The notes below the pieces were generated by a model. That model saw only the letters and a program-made list of their open reading frames with translations, had not been told where the DNA came from and ran no database searches. A stretch of 64,000 nucleotides of DNA from positions 1-64,000 of IMG/VR virus record IMGVR_UViG_2778261352_000001. One strand, given 5' to 3'. The DNA comes from a virus (taxonomy: Duplodnaviria; Heunggongvirae; Uroviricota; Caudoviricetes). Below, one piece after another: positions 21,900 to 31,913 of the stretch (positions within the stretch are counted from its first letter, which is position 1; every line of letters begins with the position of its first letter). A program made the translations under genes and the position numbers.

Positions 21900-24800
21900 A
21901 TGAACAAGCTATCTATGGGGGTGTTTCGCTGTTCAAGTGTCAGCGAAATATTGAAATATATTAGGGCAATAACATCTCACCGAGCGCCGATTAGATACGG
22001 CGTGGAAAAGGTGGAAGGCAAAAGCTATGACCGACTGCGCCGGGAGGCGAATCAGAAGGCGATAGATTTGCTTAATTCACTGGTGGACGGCGCGACACTG
22101 ACAGATGAACAGCGCCAGATCCTGGCTGGGTACACCGGTGAAGGCGGCATTGGCGGGTCCGTCTCCGAATATTACACACCAAAGCCTATCGCTGAAGGCG
22201 TCTGGGAGATCATGAAGCTCTATGGCGCGGACGTAGGTAACACTCTGGAACCATCGGCGGGCACCGGCGTTTTTAATGAGACAAAACCGGTTGGTACGGT
22301 GATGACCGCGACTGAGATCAGCAGTGTTTCCGGTCGTATAAACCAGCTGTTACATCCGGAAGACAGCGTACAGATTTCCCCGTTCGAACAGCTGGCTATA
22401 AGCACACCTAACGATTCATTCGACCATGTTGTGGGTAACGTTCCGTTCGGCGGTCGTGATAACACACGCAACATCGATAAGCCTTACGCAGAAGAAACGG
22501 ATATGGGGTCTTACTTCATGCTCCGCATGCTGGACAAGATAAAGCCAGGCGGATTCATGTGTGTGATTGTGCCGCCGTCCATTGTTTCAGGTTCAAACAT
22601 GAAGCGGTTGCGCCTGCGCCTATCCCGTAAAGCTGAATTTCTTGGTGCCCACCGCTTGCCTACCGGTACTTTTGACGCAAACGGGACCAGTACGGTCGTT
22701 GACGTGGTGCTGATGCGCAAACATCCGGCGGAGATGGCTGAGAAAATCCCCCTGGTGGATGAAGGCACTCTTGAATCGGCAAATGTGCTTTGGCCAACGT
22801 TTATTTCTGGCAAGTGGTTTGAAAAGGACGGCCGCCGGTTTGTTCATGGCACCCAGGAGAAGGGATTCCAGGGGCGTATTGAGGTTCGTGCCGACGGGCA
22901 GATTGATAACCAGGCTCTTAAAGCGAAGCTGATTCATCGTTTCGAAAGTCGTATCGACTGGTCTTTGCTCGATATGGCTGAACCGTCACCGACAGCAGAC
23001 GTTGTTGGTGAAGGGGAAATGCGCCTGATTAATGGCGTATGGCAAAAATATGCTGGTGGTCGCTGGATTGAAGCTGATGCCGGGAAGGAACTTAAGATCG
23101 ATGCTGCCAGTTATGGCGCGGATAGCTGGGAGGCTCTTCAGCGTAACCTGACTACAACAGAAGGCCGTCTCGGCATGACATTTACCCAGATGGCAAATGT
23201 CCGCGATAAGTACACCACATCAATCAGCGACGATATGGTGCAGCTGGTGGACTGGATTAACAGCCAGCCTGAAAAATACCGTGAACGCTTGTATCGCGGG
23301 GCGATGATTGGCCGGATGTTAATTGAATATCAGGATATGAAGGCCGCCGGGCATAGTGCTGAACAAATCGAACAGCAGCGCCTTTCCCTGGTATCCCGTT
23401 TGCAGGCAGAGATTGACCGTTTTGGTAACCCCGGTCGCGGTCCGATAGCGAAATTATCGGGGAGCGGTGCGCGCGCCTGGTTTGCTTTCCGTGGTGCAAT
23501 TAAGCTGGATGGCACTATTTCTGACGAGCTGACAGGAAAGCTGGTTACGCATGATTCCAGCGCCAGTTATGACTCCACCAGCTATCAGGACACCCTGCGT
23601 TATCTCTACAGTGATCTCACTCGCGATCCAATCCAGCTCGATGATTTCCGCCTTGCGTTTACCGGCGAACTGCCAGCCAGTGATGACGAGTTGCTTAATT
23701 TATTGGCTAGCACCCCTGGCATTGCGGTTTCACCGTATGGCGGGATTGTTCCGTTTGCCCGCGCCACCAGCGGCGACATTAACGAGATAGTGGCTCCAAA
23801 ACAGGAATTCCTCGCCACGCTCCCCGACGGTCCAGTAAAGAACAACGTCCTTAATCAGCTGGCAGCGATCGAAGAGAAGCGCATCAAGACGCCAGCAGAG
23901 AATATCCGGTTTAAGCTCAATAGCCGTTGGTTTGACCGTTCCGTCATCCTGGAGTTTTTGCAGGAAAACGGCTATCCGGATCTGCGCTATGTGCAGTCAG
24001 TGCAGCTGGAAGGCGACGAAATGGTTTCTGACACCTATCACGGTGGTGATGGTCTGTTCGTCGGACACCGATACGGTGTCGTCCAGCGCAAGGATAAAGA
24101 AACAGGCGAGATCCGCTACGAGTGGGACCGTAAATCAGGTGAAAACGCGACCGGGTTCCCGGCACAGCTGGAAAAGTATCTCAATGGTGCGCGTATCGGT
24201 GGCAAAGATAGCGCGACGGCGAACGGCTACCGCGAGCAGATGGCACTGCTTGAGGACCAGTTCAATAAGTGGATAAAGACACACGATCGCTACGATGAGC
24301 TGGTTGCCAAATACAACGATGTTTTCAATAGCAATATTCCGTATGAACACTCTGGCGATCCGCTTGGGTTGAAGGGATTAAGCGGTAAGCGCCAGCCATT
24401 TGATTACCAGAATAGCGAGGTGCGACGACTGTCTGAAGATGGGCGCGGCATCCTGGGCTTCGGCACCGGGCTGGGTAAAACGACGACCGCGCTGGCGCTT
24501 GAGGCGTTCAACTATGAGAACGGTCGCTCCACCCGTACTGCGTATGTAGTGCCTAAATCAGTGCTGGAAAACTGGTATTACGAAGCAAAAGAGTTCCTGA
24601 GTGAAGAGGCATTCAGTAACTACCTGTTCGTCGGTCTTGATGTGCTGATGGATGGCGATCAGATTCGCCAGGTGCCGGTACTCGATGAGAACGGTAAACC
24701 TGTCCTTGGTACTGATGGCACTCCAGTGATGCGTGATGCTCTTAAACTGGCAGATGAAGCCACTATCACGGCGCGAATGAACTCGATCCCGCACTCAAAT

Positions 24801-27800
24801 TACCGTGCAGTCGTGTTTACCAAAGAACAATACGCCCGCATTCCGCTACGTGATGACACCGTGGATGAGCATGCACAGGATATGCTTTATGACTTCGTTG
24901 CCGCCGGGCGCGTAGCCAGCGCAATGGATTCCGATTCCCATCGCAAAGAGGCGGCGCGTCGCCGGGTATTGTCGGAGTATTCAGATACCGGTACCGAAAA
25001 AGCAGAGAAGTATCCGTACTTTGAAGATATGGGCTTCGACAGCGTGATCGCCGACGAAGGCCACAACTACCGCAATAGCTATAAAAATGGTCGCGAAGCG
25101 TCACAGCTGGCCTATCTGCCCACCAGCGCGGTAGCGCAATCGGCGCGAGATATGGCAATCAAAAACGCGTACCTGATGAAAAAGAATGGCGGGCGCGGAC
25201 CGGTTCTCCTGACTGCAACACCAGTCGTTAACACCCCGATCGATGCATACAACATGCTCTCTCATGTTCTGCCGAAGGAATACTGGCAGAAGATGGGGAT
25301 CTACGGTCCTGATGACTTCGTTAAATTCTTCGGCAAGACCAGGCTGGAAACGGTACAGAAAATCAGCGGTGAAGTTGAAGAAAAAATGGCGCTGGTGGGC
25401 TTTGAAAACCTTGATGCGCTGCGCGGTATATTCCATCGCTGGGTAACGCTTAAAACGGCGGAAGACGTTAAGGATACCGTGGAGATCCCGGAGCTGGACG
25501 AACACCAGCAGGATGCACCACTTACTGAAGAACAACTGGCGGCGTATGAAGAATTGCGTCAGCAGGCGGAAGCGGCAGCCAAAGCCAACAATGGCGTAAC
25601 GTCCTCGGTCAATGAAGACGGTGTGATTGAGCACGAGAAAGCCCGTCCGATCTTCTCAATAATCAGGGATATGGACCGCGTATGTACTGACATGGACCTG
25701 TACTATCGCCGGATCACCTATCGTTTCCTGCCGGAGTACGCCGATGCGGTGCAGCAGCTGGCGGACAGTTTGCCTAAACAAGCCACCAGCGAAGACGACG
25801 ACAGTGATGATTCTATCACGCAGCAATCGCAATACTCCCTGATAGATAAGGGCGAGTTTATTCAGTTGCAGGTTCCGGAAGCGTTCGAGCAGGAAGTGAA
25901 TAAGCGCCTGGCCAGGTTTGGCATTGACGAACAGACCGTTACTCACCCCGTTACGCCCAAATACGCGAAGCTGATCGCCACGCTGAAGGAGTTTTTTCCG
26001 GAAGGTAAGCAAATCATCTTCACCGATGAAAAAACGCAGCACCAGAAGCTCAAGCGCATTATCTGCAATGCTCTTAACCTTGAACCTTCAAAGGTGGGGA
26101 TCCTGAATGCTCAGACGGTTGCCGAGGCAGGTAAAACCGGTAAGAAACTGAAAGCGGTTAAACCGCCGAAAGAGTTACCGGATGAACCAACAGATGCACA
26201 GATAGCGAAATACAACGAGCAAATGGCTCTGTATGACGCCTATATCGCGCAGCAAAATGAAATGTCGCTGGGCGGGCTGGAAAAGATTGCTGCCGACTTC
26301 CAGGAGGGCCGGACTCCGATCATCATCTGCAACAAAAAGGCAGAGGTGGGTATCAACCTGCATCGAGGAACGACTGACATCCATCATCTGACGTTGCCAT
26401 GGACACCAGCCAGTATCGCACAGCGTAACGGTCGCGGTGCCCGAGTTGGCTCCAACCGTGCAAGCGTTCGCGTTCACTACTACTGCGGCAAGGGTTCTTT
26501 CGATGAATATCGACTGAAGACGCTGAAGCGTAAAGCAGGCTGGATCTCCGATATCCTCCGTTCAGATAAGTCAGAAATGGAGAACGCCGACGCCAATGAT
26601 ATGATCGAAATGCAGATGTATACCGCGAAGGATGACGGCGAACGTCTGGCAATGATGCAGGTTCAAATGGATAAGGCGAAAGCCGCGCAACGCGCTCGCC
26701 AGAAAGAACAGGCTACTATCGACATTCAGAACTACATCAAGGCGCAGCACGCAGCTGGTGAGGATGTGGAGGTACTTACCGCTGAATTAGAGCGAAGCAA
26801 AGCGGAACTTGAAAAGACCACCGCCGAGGTAGCTAAATTCAAACAGGCGGTAATGGCCAAAGCAGCTGATAACGCAGACTGGAAAGCCCGCTGGGGTAGC
26901 GTCCATCACACAGACCGTACGTTGTTAGCACAGTATCGCGCGTCGTTGAAAAGCGCCATTCAGCGCAAGGCTAATATCTCTCAAGCCATCTCCCGCTATG
27001 AGAAATTATTGAACCGTACTCAGAAGGCCGCGACGGATATCAAACGCCTGCGCCCGCTGGTGGAGGATGCAATAAATAAAGGCATTCTGGATGTTGATCC
27101 TGACCTGGTTAACCATGCGAGTGAGTTCCTTGTTATCGGCGATCGCTCATGGCGTGTAGGCCAATACTACGATTGTGCCGGTGATATCGTTCGCATTAAG
27201 TCGCTGGACTTCGACAGCCAGCGCGCAGACGTGGAGATCATCTTTACCTTAAAAGGCACCAAATCGGGTAACTGGGATGTGAAGACGCTGGATAAACAGG
27301 TTGATGTAACTCCCGATGAAGATGCTGTTATACAGAAAATCAGTGGTGGCGTCTCCATCGCCGGGATTAACGACATCATTTCCTGTGACGATTTCTACCG
27401 TTTCCAGCAGCGCGGCATGATCAAAATCACTGACTCGTACGGCATCCAGACTACAGAGTCAGGCTACAGCATTGATTTTGTTGGTACCTATACTGATCCA
27501 CTGAAGCATGCGGTTTATCCGGATCGCCGTGACGGAGCGCTGAAGTCGTCAATTGCAAAATGGGTGCTTGGTATGATGTCGGAAGGGAATAACCGCCAGG
27601 TCCGTTTGGCAGAAGCATTCCTGGTTGAACTGTTTGGTTCCAATTATGGCGATGTAATCGCGTCATACGGAGATACGCTATCCCCTGAAGCAATTCAGGA
27701 GAACATAGCGGATGCGATCGCAAAAATGCCGGAGAAAACAAGCCAGGGGGCTACTCGTAACGGGGATTCAGAACTTGAAGTCACCAATGCCATTTTCGGT

Positions 27801-28667
27801 ACCAATGAGTTCCGGGCGTCAGATTATGAGATCACCACAGCACAGTTTGGCACCATTGGCATTTACAGTAATAAAGACGAGATCAAGCAGGCAATGGACG
27901 CAGCAAGTGCGCGCATTGCAGCAGAACGGAAAGCCAATCTGAATCATGCAGTTGCCGCGCTGACTCAATCGTGGGTAACAGCAATCAGGGAGGCCGCCAC
28001 CACAGGAAAAATCACACCGGCAATTGCGGATGTCGTAAACGACGGCTCTAAATTTATGGATGCCTATAAAATGGATGCGGTGCAGTTGCCATCAGCCTAT
28101 GGCCAACTCAGCTATCGCATGACCTACAACCTGGTATCAATGTTTTCCGACCTTGCCATCCTTGGGCTGGTGGACCTTAACGAGGTTACGCCGGAATTGC
28201 TCAGCATGCGCAAGAACCATGTGGAGATATTGCACAGAATTAACACGGTACTTTCCGGGCGCACCGATGAAGAGAAACAGGCAGACGCTGATCGGATAAA
28301 CCTGGCCCTTGGCAACATCACGGAGGAAGAAATTGCCGCCAGAAACGAGAAACAAGAAGAGTTATCATCAATACAGGGTGATGCCACCAGCATAGCTCAG
28401 TCTCTTGGTCTGAATTATCGCGTATCCACCGCCGACCTGAAGATGATGTACGCACCAAAATTCGCCGCTGGCGAGGTATTTGGGCTTCAGGAGGCGTCCG
28501 GCATGAAAGGCATTCTTTTCCGTGCGAAAGACGCAATCAAGGCGAAATTCGGCGCTCGCTGGCTGCCAGCGAAGGCAAAGAACAGCGATTTCCCGGGTAA
28601 CTGGTGGATTATCGAGACAAAACACAACGTGGCGGACGTTCTGACCGTCATCCAACAATACGCATAA
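21900..28667 (+). CDS. darB: DarB-like methyltransferase-helicase (defence against restriction)
   Basis: 2255 aa; N-terminal MTase-like motif (NVPFGG), helicase motif II (VIADEGHNYRN); size matches P1 DarB. Confidence 0.85.
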   Translation: MNKLSMGVFRCSSVSEILKYIRAITSHRAPIRYGVEKVEGKSYDRLRREANQKAIDLLNSLVDGATLTDEQRQILAGYTGEGGIGGSVSEYYTPKPIAEGVWEIMKLYGADVGNTLEPSAGTGVFNETKPVGTVMTATEISSVSGRINQLLHPEDSVQISPFEQLAISTPNDSFDHVVGNVPFGGRDNTRNIDKPYAEETDMGSYFMLRMLDKIKPGGFMCVIVPPSIVSGSNMKRLRLRLSRKAEFLGAHRLPTGTFDANGTSTVVDVVLMRKHPAEMAEKIPLVDEGTLESANVLWPTFISGKWFEKDGRRFVHGTQEKGFQGRIEVRADGQIDNQALKAKLIHRFESRIDWSLLDMAEPSPTADVVGEGEMRLINGVWQKYAGGRWIEADAGKELKIDAASYGADSWEALQRNLTTTEGRLGMTFTQMANVRDKYTTSISDDMVQLVDWINSQPEKYRERLYRGAMIGRMLIEYQDMKAAGHSAEQIEQQRLSLVSRLQAEIDRFGNPGRGPIAKLSGSGARAWFAFRGAIKLDGTISDELTGKLVTHDSSASYDSTSYQDTLRYLYSDLTRDPIQLDDFRLAFTGELPASDDELLNLLASTPGIAVSPYGGIVPFARATSGDINEIVAPKQEFLATLPDGPVKNNVLNQLAAIEEKRIKTPAENIRFKLNSRWFDRSVILEFLQENGYPDLRYVQSVQLEGDEMVSDTYHGGDGLFVGHRYGVVQRKDKETGEIRYEWDRKSGENATGFPAQLEKYLNGARIGGKDSATANGYREQMALLEDQFNKWIKTHDRYDELVAKYNDVFNSNIPYEHSGDPLGLKGLSGKRQPFDYQNSEVRRLSEDGRGILGFGTGLGKTTTALALEAFNYENGRSTRTAYVVPKSVLENWYYEAKEFLSEEAFSNYLFVGLDVLMDGDQIRQVPVLDENGKPVLGTDGTPVMRDALKLADEATITARMNSIPHSNYRAVVFTKEQYARIPLRDDTVDEHAQDMLYDFVAAGRVASAMDSDSHRKEAARRRVLSEYSDTGTEKAEKYPYFEDMGFDSVIADEGHNYRNSYKNGREASQLAYLPTSAVAQSARDMAIKNAYLMKKNGGRGPVLLTATPVVNTPIDAYNMLSHVLPKEYWQKMGIYGPDDFVKFFGKTRLETVQKISGEVEEKMALVGFENLDALRGIFHRWVTLKTAEDVKDTVEIPELDEHQQDAPLTEEQLAAYEELRQQAEAAAKANNGVTSSVNEDGVIEHEKARPIFSIIRDMDRVCTDMDLYYRRITYRFLPEYADAVQQLADSLPKQATSEDDDSDDSITQQSQYSLIDKGEFIQLQVPEAFEQEVNKRLARFGIDEQTVTHPVTPKYAKLIATLKEFFPEGKQIIFTDEKTQHQKLKRIICNALNLEPSKVGILNAQTVAEAGKTGKKLKAVKPPKELPDEPTDAQIAKYNEQMALYDAYIAQQNEMSLGGLEKIAADFQEGRTPIIICNKKAEVGINLHRGTTDIHHLTLPWTPASIAQRNGRGARVGSNRASVRVHYYCGKGSFDEYRLKTLKRKAGWISDILRSDKSEMENADANDMIEMQMYTAKDDGERLAMMQVQMDKAKAAQRARQKEQATIDIQNYIKAQHAAGEDVEVLTAELERSKAELEKTTAEVAKFKQAVMAKAADNADWKARWGSVHHTDRTLLAQYRASLKSAIQRKANISQAISRYEKLLNRTQKAATDIKRLRPLVEDAINKGILDVDPDLVNHASEFLVIGDRSWRVGQYYDCAGDIVRIKSLDFDSQRADVEIIFTLKGTKSGNWDVKTLDKQVDVTPDEDAVIQKISGGVSIAGINDIISCDDFYRFQQRGMIKITDSYGIQTTESGYSIDFVGTYTDPLKHAVYPDRRDGALKSSIAKWVLGMMSEGNNRQVRLAEAFLVELFGSNYGDVIASYGDTLSPEAIQENIADAIAKMPEKTSQGATRNGDSELEVTNAIFGTNEFRASDYEITTAQFGTIGIYSNKDEIKQAMDAASARIAAERKANLNHAVAALTQSWVTAIREAATTGKITPAIADVVNDGSKFMDAYKMDAVQLPSAYGQLSYRMTYNLVSMFSDLAILGLVDLNEVTPELLSMRKNHVEILHRINTVLSGRTDEEKQADADRINLALGNITEEEIAARNEKQEELSSIQGDATSIAQSLGLNYRVSTADLKMMYAPKFAAGEVFGLQEASGMKGILFRAKDAIKAKFGARWLPAKAKNSDFPGNWWIIETKHNVADVLTVIQQYA

Positions 28668-28700
28668 CAGGAGCGCCCGGTTCGCCGGGCGTCGCATAAT

Positions 28701-29141
28701 ATGGCCACACTATCTGATACAATAAAACCGAATAAAACATATCTTGAGGCGGTACTGCGTACGGCGTTGTTAGGAAAGACAGAAGACGAATACGTTGATT
28801 TCTTCCTGTCAGGGCTACGCGGGCGATTACTGAAAAATCCCCGCCTGTACCGCAGCTATGGTCCATACTGGCCGGAAATTAAAAAATTATTACTGGAGCG
28901 CGGTTATGGTAATTTCGGTCGTCTCGTTGACCGTGACGTTCGCAAAATTTACCGTTATGACCGCCCGGCGCTAACACTCATAGCCGCGACGCTCTACAGC
29001 CAGGAGCGTTTTGATAATGGTCAGATATACTCAGCCTGGCACTTACTGCCAGTGCCTGAAGAAGTTGACGACCAGGACTATGAGTTTGAGTCTTACGATT
29101 TGGAAGTTGAAGCCTTGGCACAGGCTGGAGAGAAAACTTGA
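28701..29141 (+). CDS. ulx: Ulx-like protein
   Basis: 146 aa downstream of darB; synteny only. Confidence 0.4.
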   Translation: MATLSDTIKPNKTYLEAVLRTALLGKTEDEYVDFFLSGLRGRLLKNPRLYRSYGPYWPEIKKLLLERGYGNFGRLVDRDVRKIYRYDRPALTLIAATLYSQERFDNGQIYSAWHLLPVPEEVDDQDYEFESYDLEVEALAQAGEKT

Positions 29142-29386
29142 AAAAGCGATACTACACAGTAAAGCATGGGACGCTACGAGCATTACAAGAGTTTGCTGAC
29201 AAGCATAACGTTGAGGTGCGCAGGGAAGGGGGAAGTAAAGCTCTGCGCATGTACCGTCCGGACGGGAAATGGCGTACGGTCGTCGATTTCAAAACTAACA
29301 GTGTTCCCCAGGGTGTCCGCGATCGGGCATTCGAAGAATGGGAGCAGATCATCATAGATAACGCATTGCTTCTCAATGCTGATTGA
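29138..29386 (+). CDS. lxc: Lxc-like small protein
   Basis: 82 aa, TTG start overlapping upstream stop; synteny only. Confidence 0.4.
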   Translation: MKKRYYTVKHGTLRALQEFADKHNVEVRREGGSKALRMYRPDGKWRTVVDFKTNSVPQGVRDRAFEEWEQIIIDNALLLNAD

Positions 29387-29395
29387 GTTTTGTTG

Positions 29396-29420
29396 GCCCG
29401 GTTTGCACCGGGCGTTTCAC
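29396..29420 (+). terminator. possible terminator hairpin after lxc
   Basis: GCCCGG-TTTGCA-CCGGGC followed by GTTT; weak T-run. Confidence 0.35.
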
Positions 29421-29468
29421 AAACAATCAACTGGTTTGTAATTCCTGCGGCGAGATGGATTATTTATA

Positions 29469-30077
29469 TTATTGTGGTGCCGATGATGCGATAGCCTGCA
29501 TGATGTTATCAATATCGTTATCGTTCAGCATGAATATAGGTACACCATTAGAGTTTGCATTTTTTTCAGTGCTCATCAAACAAAGCCCCTCATACATGCC
29601 GCGCGTTTTTTTGAAATTGGCGACTGATGGAGTGGTGTAATTTCCTTTAAAGTGCATTCCGGCTGATTCATAAAAAGGAACCAAATCAGACTGGCAAATC
29701 AAAGCAACCTCATTTGGAAATGCAAGTATTTCTGCCAGTATATTACTTCCAAGTCCATTACCACGATATTGCTCATATACATATATTTTGTGACAGTACA
29801 ACGGAAAATTACCCGATGGATGTCCGAAGATTAAGGCGTATCCGAACAAGTTTTCTTCATTAGTAAAGCCCATAATGCGCAAATGACCGGCTCGGTAACA
29901 CTCTTCAAATACGTTAATTATGTAGTTTCTCGCTGCTTTCAGCTCCTCTTCTGTCGCAAACATCATCAACCCCATAAGCGATGGAGTATAGGCCAGATCC
30001 TGAAGAATCCCATTAGCTTCATTTTCGAAAATAAGCGGTAAGCGCGGTTCAATTTCATTTGCCGAGGTATTAGACAT
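29469..30077 (-). CDS. GNAT-family N-acetyltransferase
   Basis: 202 aa; acetyl-CoA-binding motif A YRGNGLGSNIL; AT-rich gene and flanks. Confidence 0.6.
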   Translation of the reverse strand: MSNTSANEIEPRLPLIFENEANGILQDLAYTPSLMGLMMFATEEELKAARNYIINVFEECYRAGHLRIMGFTNEENLFGYALIFGHPSGNFPLYCHKIYVYEQYRGNGLGSNILAEILAFPNEVALICQSDLVPFYESAGMHFKGNYTTPSVANFKKTRGMYEGLCLMSTEKNANSNGVPIFMLNDNDIDNIMQAIASSAPQ

Positions 30078-30083
30078 AGTATG

Positions 30084-30111
30084 ATGAGTCCTTTGTTTTC
30101 AAAGGACTCAT
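30084..30111 (-). promoter_or_regulatory. perfect 12-bp-stem hairpin sequestering the RBS of the GNAT gene
   Basis: ATGAGTCCTTTG-TTTT-CAAAGGACTCAT ends 6 nt before the ATG. Confidence 0.4.
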
Positions 30112-30275
30112 GTTATCAGTGATAATCGTTTGTTGTAATACTGTTGATAAAATAATTTTCTATTATGTAAGCAAGCTCATTTTTATGACGGGTAATGCAA
30201 AAAAATAGAATCAAAAAACTAAAAAAATAATAATTCATAGGGTTTTACACCATCAAAAGTCCCCGCCATAAATTA

Positions 30276-30917
30276 TTAGAAATAATTACGCGTGCCTGTT
30301 AATACCCCTTTCGGCACTTTTTTTTGTTCTAGTGTCTGGGTGCCCAGAATTATGTTAATCAGAGGGCTTAGTAACGATGGTTCCTGGCGTGCCTCAACTT
30401 CTCCAGCCATTGCCCTGATGTAGTCGGCGCTGGCAACGTTGTTGTATTCCGTCGCAAAGCAACATAGTAACGTCAGAACATGCTCTGTCGTTATTTCGCT
30501 CCAGTTGATGTTGAAAAATTCATCGCCTTTTTTATCGTGTTCGGAATCGAAGATGCTTTGGTGGAGGATGTATTTGCCGGATTCCTTGCGCGGTAACTTG
30601 ATTGCTTTCTGGCGTTCCAGCTCCTTATAAATCTGCATTGCCTCAATTAGTACCGGCCTGCCGTTCATGAAGGGATCGCGCAACCTTACACGCTGGCCAA
30701 CTCGACCAGTAATAAAGCTGTTTTCCTCTTCCACCAGCACGATAAAACCCTTTTCCTCTTTTTCTCGCAATTCGCGCAGCAGCTGGAGTTCCATATCGCG
30801 GCGGCGTTCAGGGTAGCTGGTCCGCTCAGCCATTATCAGCTCGTTATTGATCCATGCAGCAGTCATTGACGCCGGTTTGCCGACGCTCATCGAAACAACG
30901 CATATTTTCTTATCCAT
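30276..30917 (-). CDS. mat: particle maturation (Mat)-like protein
   Basis: synteny between ref and the res/mod position; ATG 30917 with AGGGG RBS (track extends to GTG 30986). Confidence 0.45.
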   Translation of the reverse strand: MDKKICVVSMSVGKPASMTAAWINNELIMAERTSYPERRRDMELQLLRELREKEEKGFIVLVEEENSFITGRVGQRVRLRDPFMNGRPVLIEAMQIYKELERQKAIKLPRKESGKYILHQSIFDSEHDKKGDEFFNINWSEITTEHVLTLLCCFATEYNNVASADYIRAMAGEVEARQEPSLLSPLINIILGTQTLEQKKVPKGVLTGTRNYF

Positions 30918-31046
30918 AGCGCCCCTACAAAAAAGAAAAGCCACCAGCGGCGGCTTAGCAATACAACTGAAGGTAGCGCCCGGCACTCAGACTGTGCCGT
31001 CCATGGAATATTTGAAAAGGGATCCATCCGTACCGGGCGTGTGATG

Positions 31047-31066
31047 ATTCTGACTGAAGTCACTTG
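31047..31066 (-). promoter_or_regulatory. putative late promoter for mat (CAAGTGACT-N5-CAGAAT)
   Basis: exact 9-mer on minus strand with 5-nt spacer and -10-like hexamer. Confidence 0.5.
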
Positions 31067-31105
31067 TCAGTTGTCAATCATTTATCATTAAAAATAATAT
31101 ATTTA

Positions 31106-31666
31106 TTAGTGCATGATGTTTGCCATCTCATAGGCGTCAGCCAGTAACTCCATCTCTGACTTGTTCAGCAGGGTGAATTCTTTCTTGCCTCCAACCACAC
31201 CATCGGCATGAACAGGGACCAGCCAGGGGTATTTTGCTCTTACTTCAGCCGGTGCTGCATGCTGGTGGTGCCATCTACAAAGTGGCAATTGCTTTTTATG
31301 ACAACCCGGCGCGGTACGACCGGCGATATGGTGCAGAGACACCTCATTAGATATTACTCCATGCATATAGCAGGCAATGCAGGGGAGAGCGCCAAGAGCA
31401 TTGGCGATGCGCCGTTCCTCCGCCGTTGGTGTTCTCCCCTTCAAGCCACGAGATTTTATTTTTACCGCGCTTTTCCGCGTTTTGCTGGCTGGTGGGCGCT
31501 CTTTCTGTTTAGCGATACGGCGGTCGATAGTATCCCGCATTTTCTGATATTGAGATTCTCGCCAGACCGGATCAGCCAACTTTTCCCGTTGCCGAGCGAT
31601 CGCTCGTTCTCTGGCTGCCTTCTGCCACTTGCGGCACTGTTCAATTTTTTGTTCGATTGTTTTCAT
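31106..31666 (-). CDS. ref: recombination enhancement function Ref (HNH endonuclease)
   Basis: 186 aa; HNH-like Cys/His cluster CIACYMHG...HHIAG...CHKKQLPLCRWHHQ; adjacent to cre. Confidence 0.8.
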   Translation of the reverse strand: MKTIEQKIEQCRKWQKAARERAIARQREKLADPVWRESQYQKMRDTIDRRIAKQKERPPASKTRKSAVKIKSRGLKGRTPTAEERRIANALGALPCIACYMHGVISNEVSLHHIAGRTAPGCHKKQLPLCRWHHQHAAPAEVRAKYPWLVPVHADGVVGGKKEFTLLNKSEMELLADAYEMANIMH

Positions 31667-31672
31667 ATGGTC

Positions 31673-31700
31673 AAAAAAAAGGCGGCCTAATGGCCGCCTA
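31673..31700 (-). terminator. intrinsic terminator/attenuator in ref leader
   Basis: minus-strand GGCGGCC-ATTA-GGCCGCC followed by TTTTTTTT, ending 6 nt before ref ATG. Confidence 0.55.
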
Positions 31701-31764
31701 TGATGTCAAGGAGTTAAGTAATGGCACGTCTTCGTAGTTGACAAAAACTGCGGCTCAATTATAG

Positions 31765-31781
31765 CAATAAATTAGAGCAAT
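31765..31781 (-). promoter_or_regulatory. C1 repressor operator (ref)
   Basis: reverse complement ATTGCTCTAATTTATTG. Confidence 0.6.
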
Positions 31782-31913
31782 TGTAGACATTTCATTTATC
31801 GATAATCACATTTTTTCTCTTCAGTGCCTGTGTGCTATACTCCTTCTTGATTGATTGGATGCGGAATACAAACCCGCTCTTTTGTGCAGCCTGGCTCCTT
31901 GCCAGGCTTTTTT

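Noticed and set aside
22220-28536. Numerous 60-110 aa ORFs on the minus strand inside darB
   Set aside because: Entirely nested antisense to a 2255-aa gene with clear motifs; no independent signals
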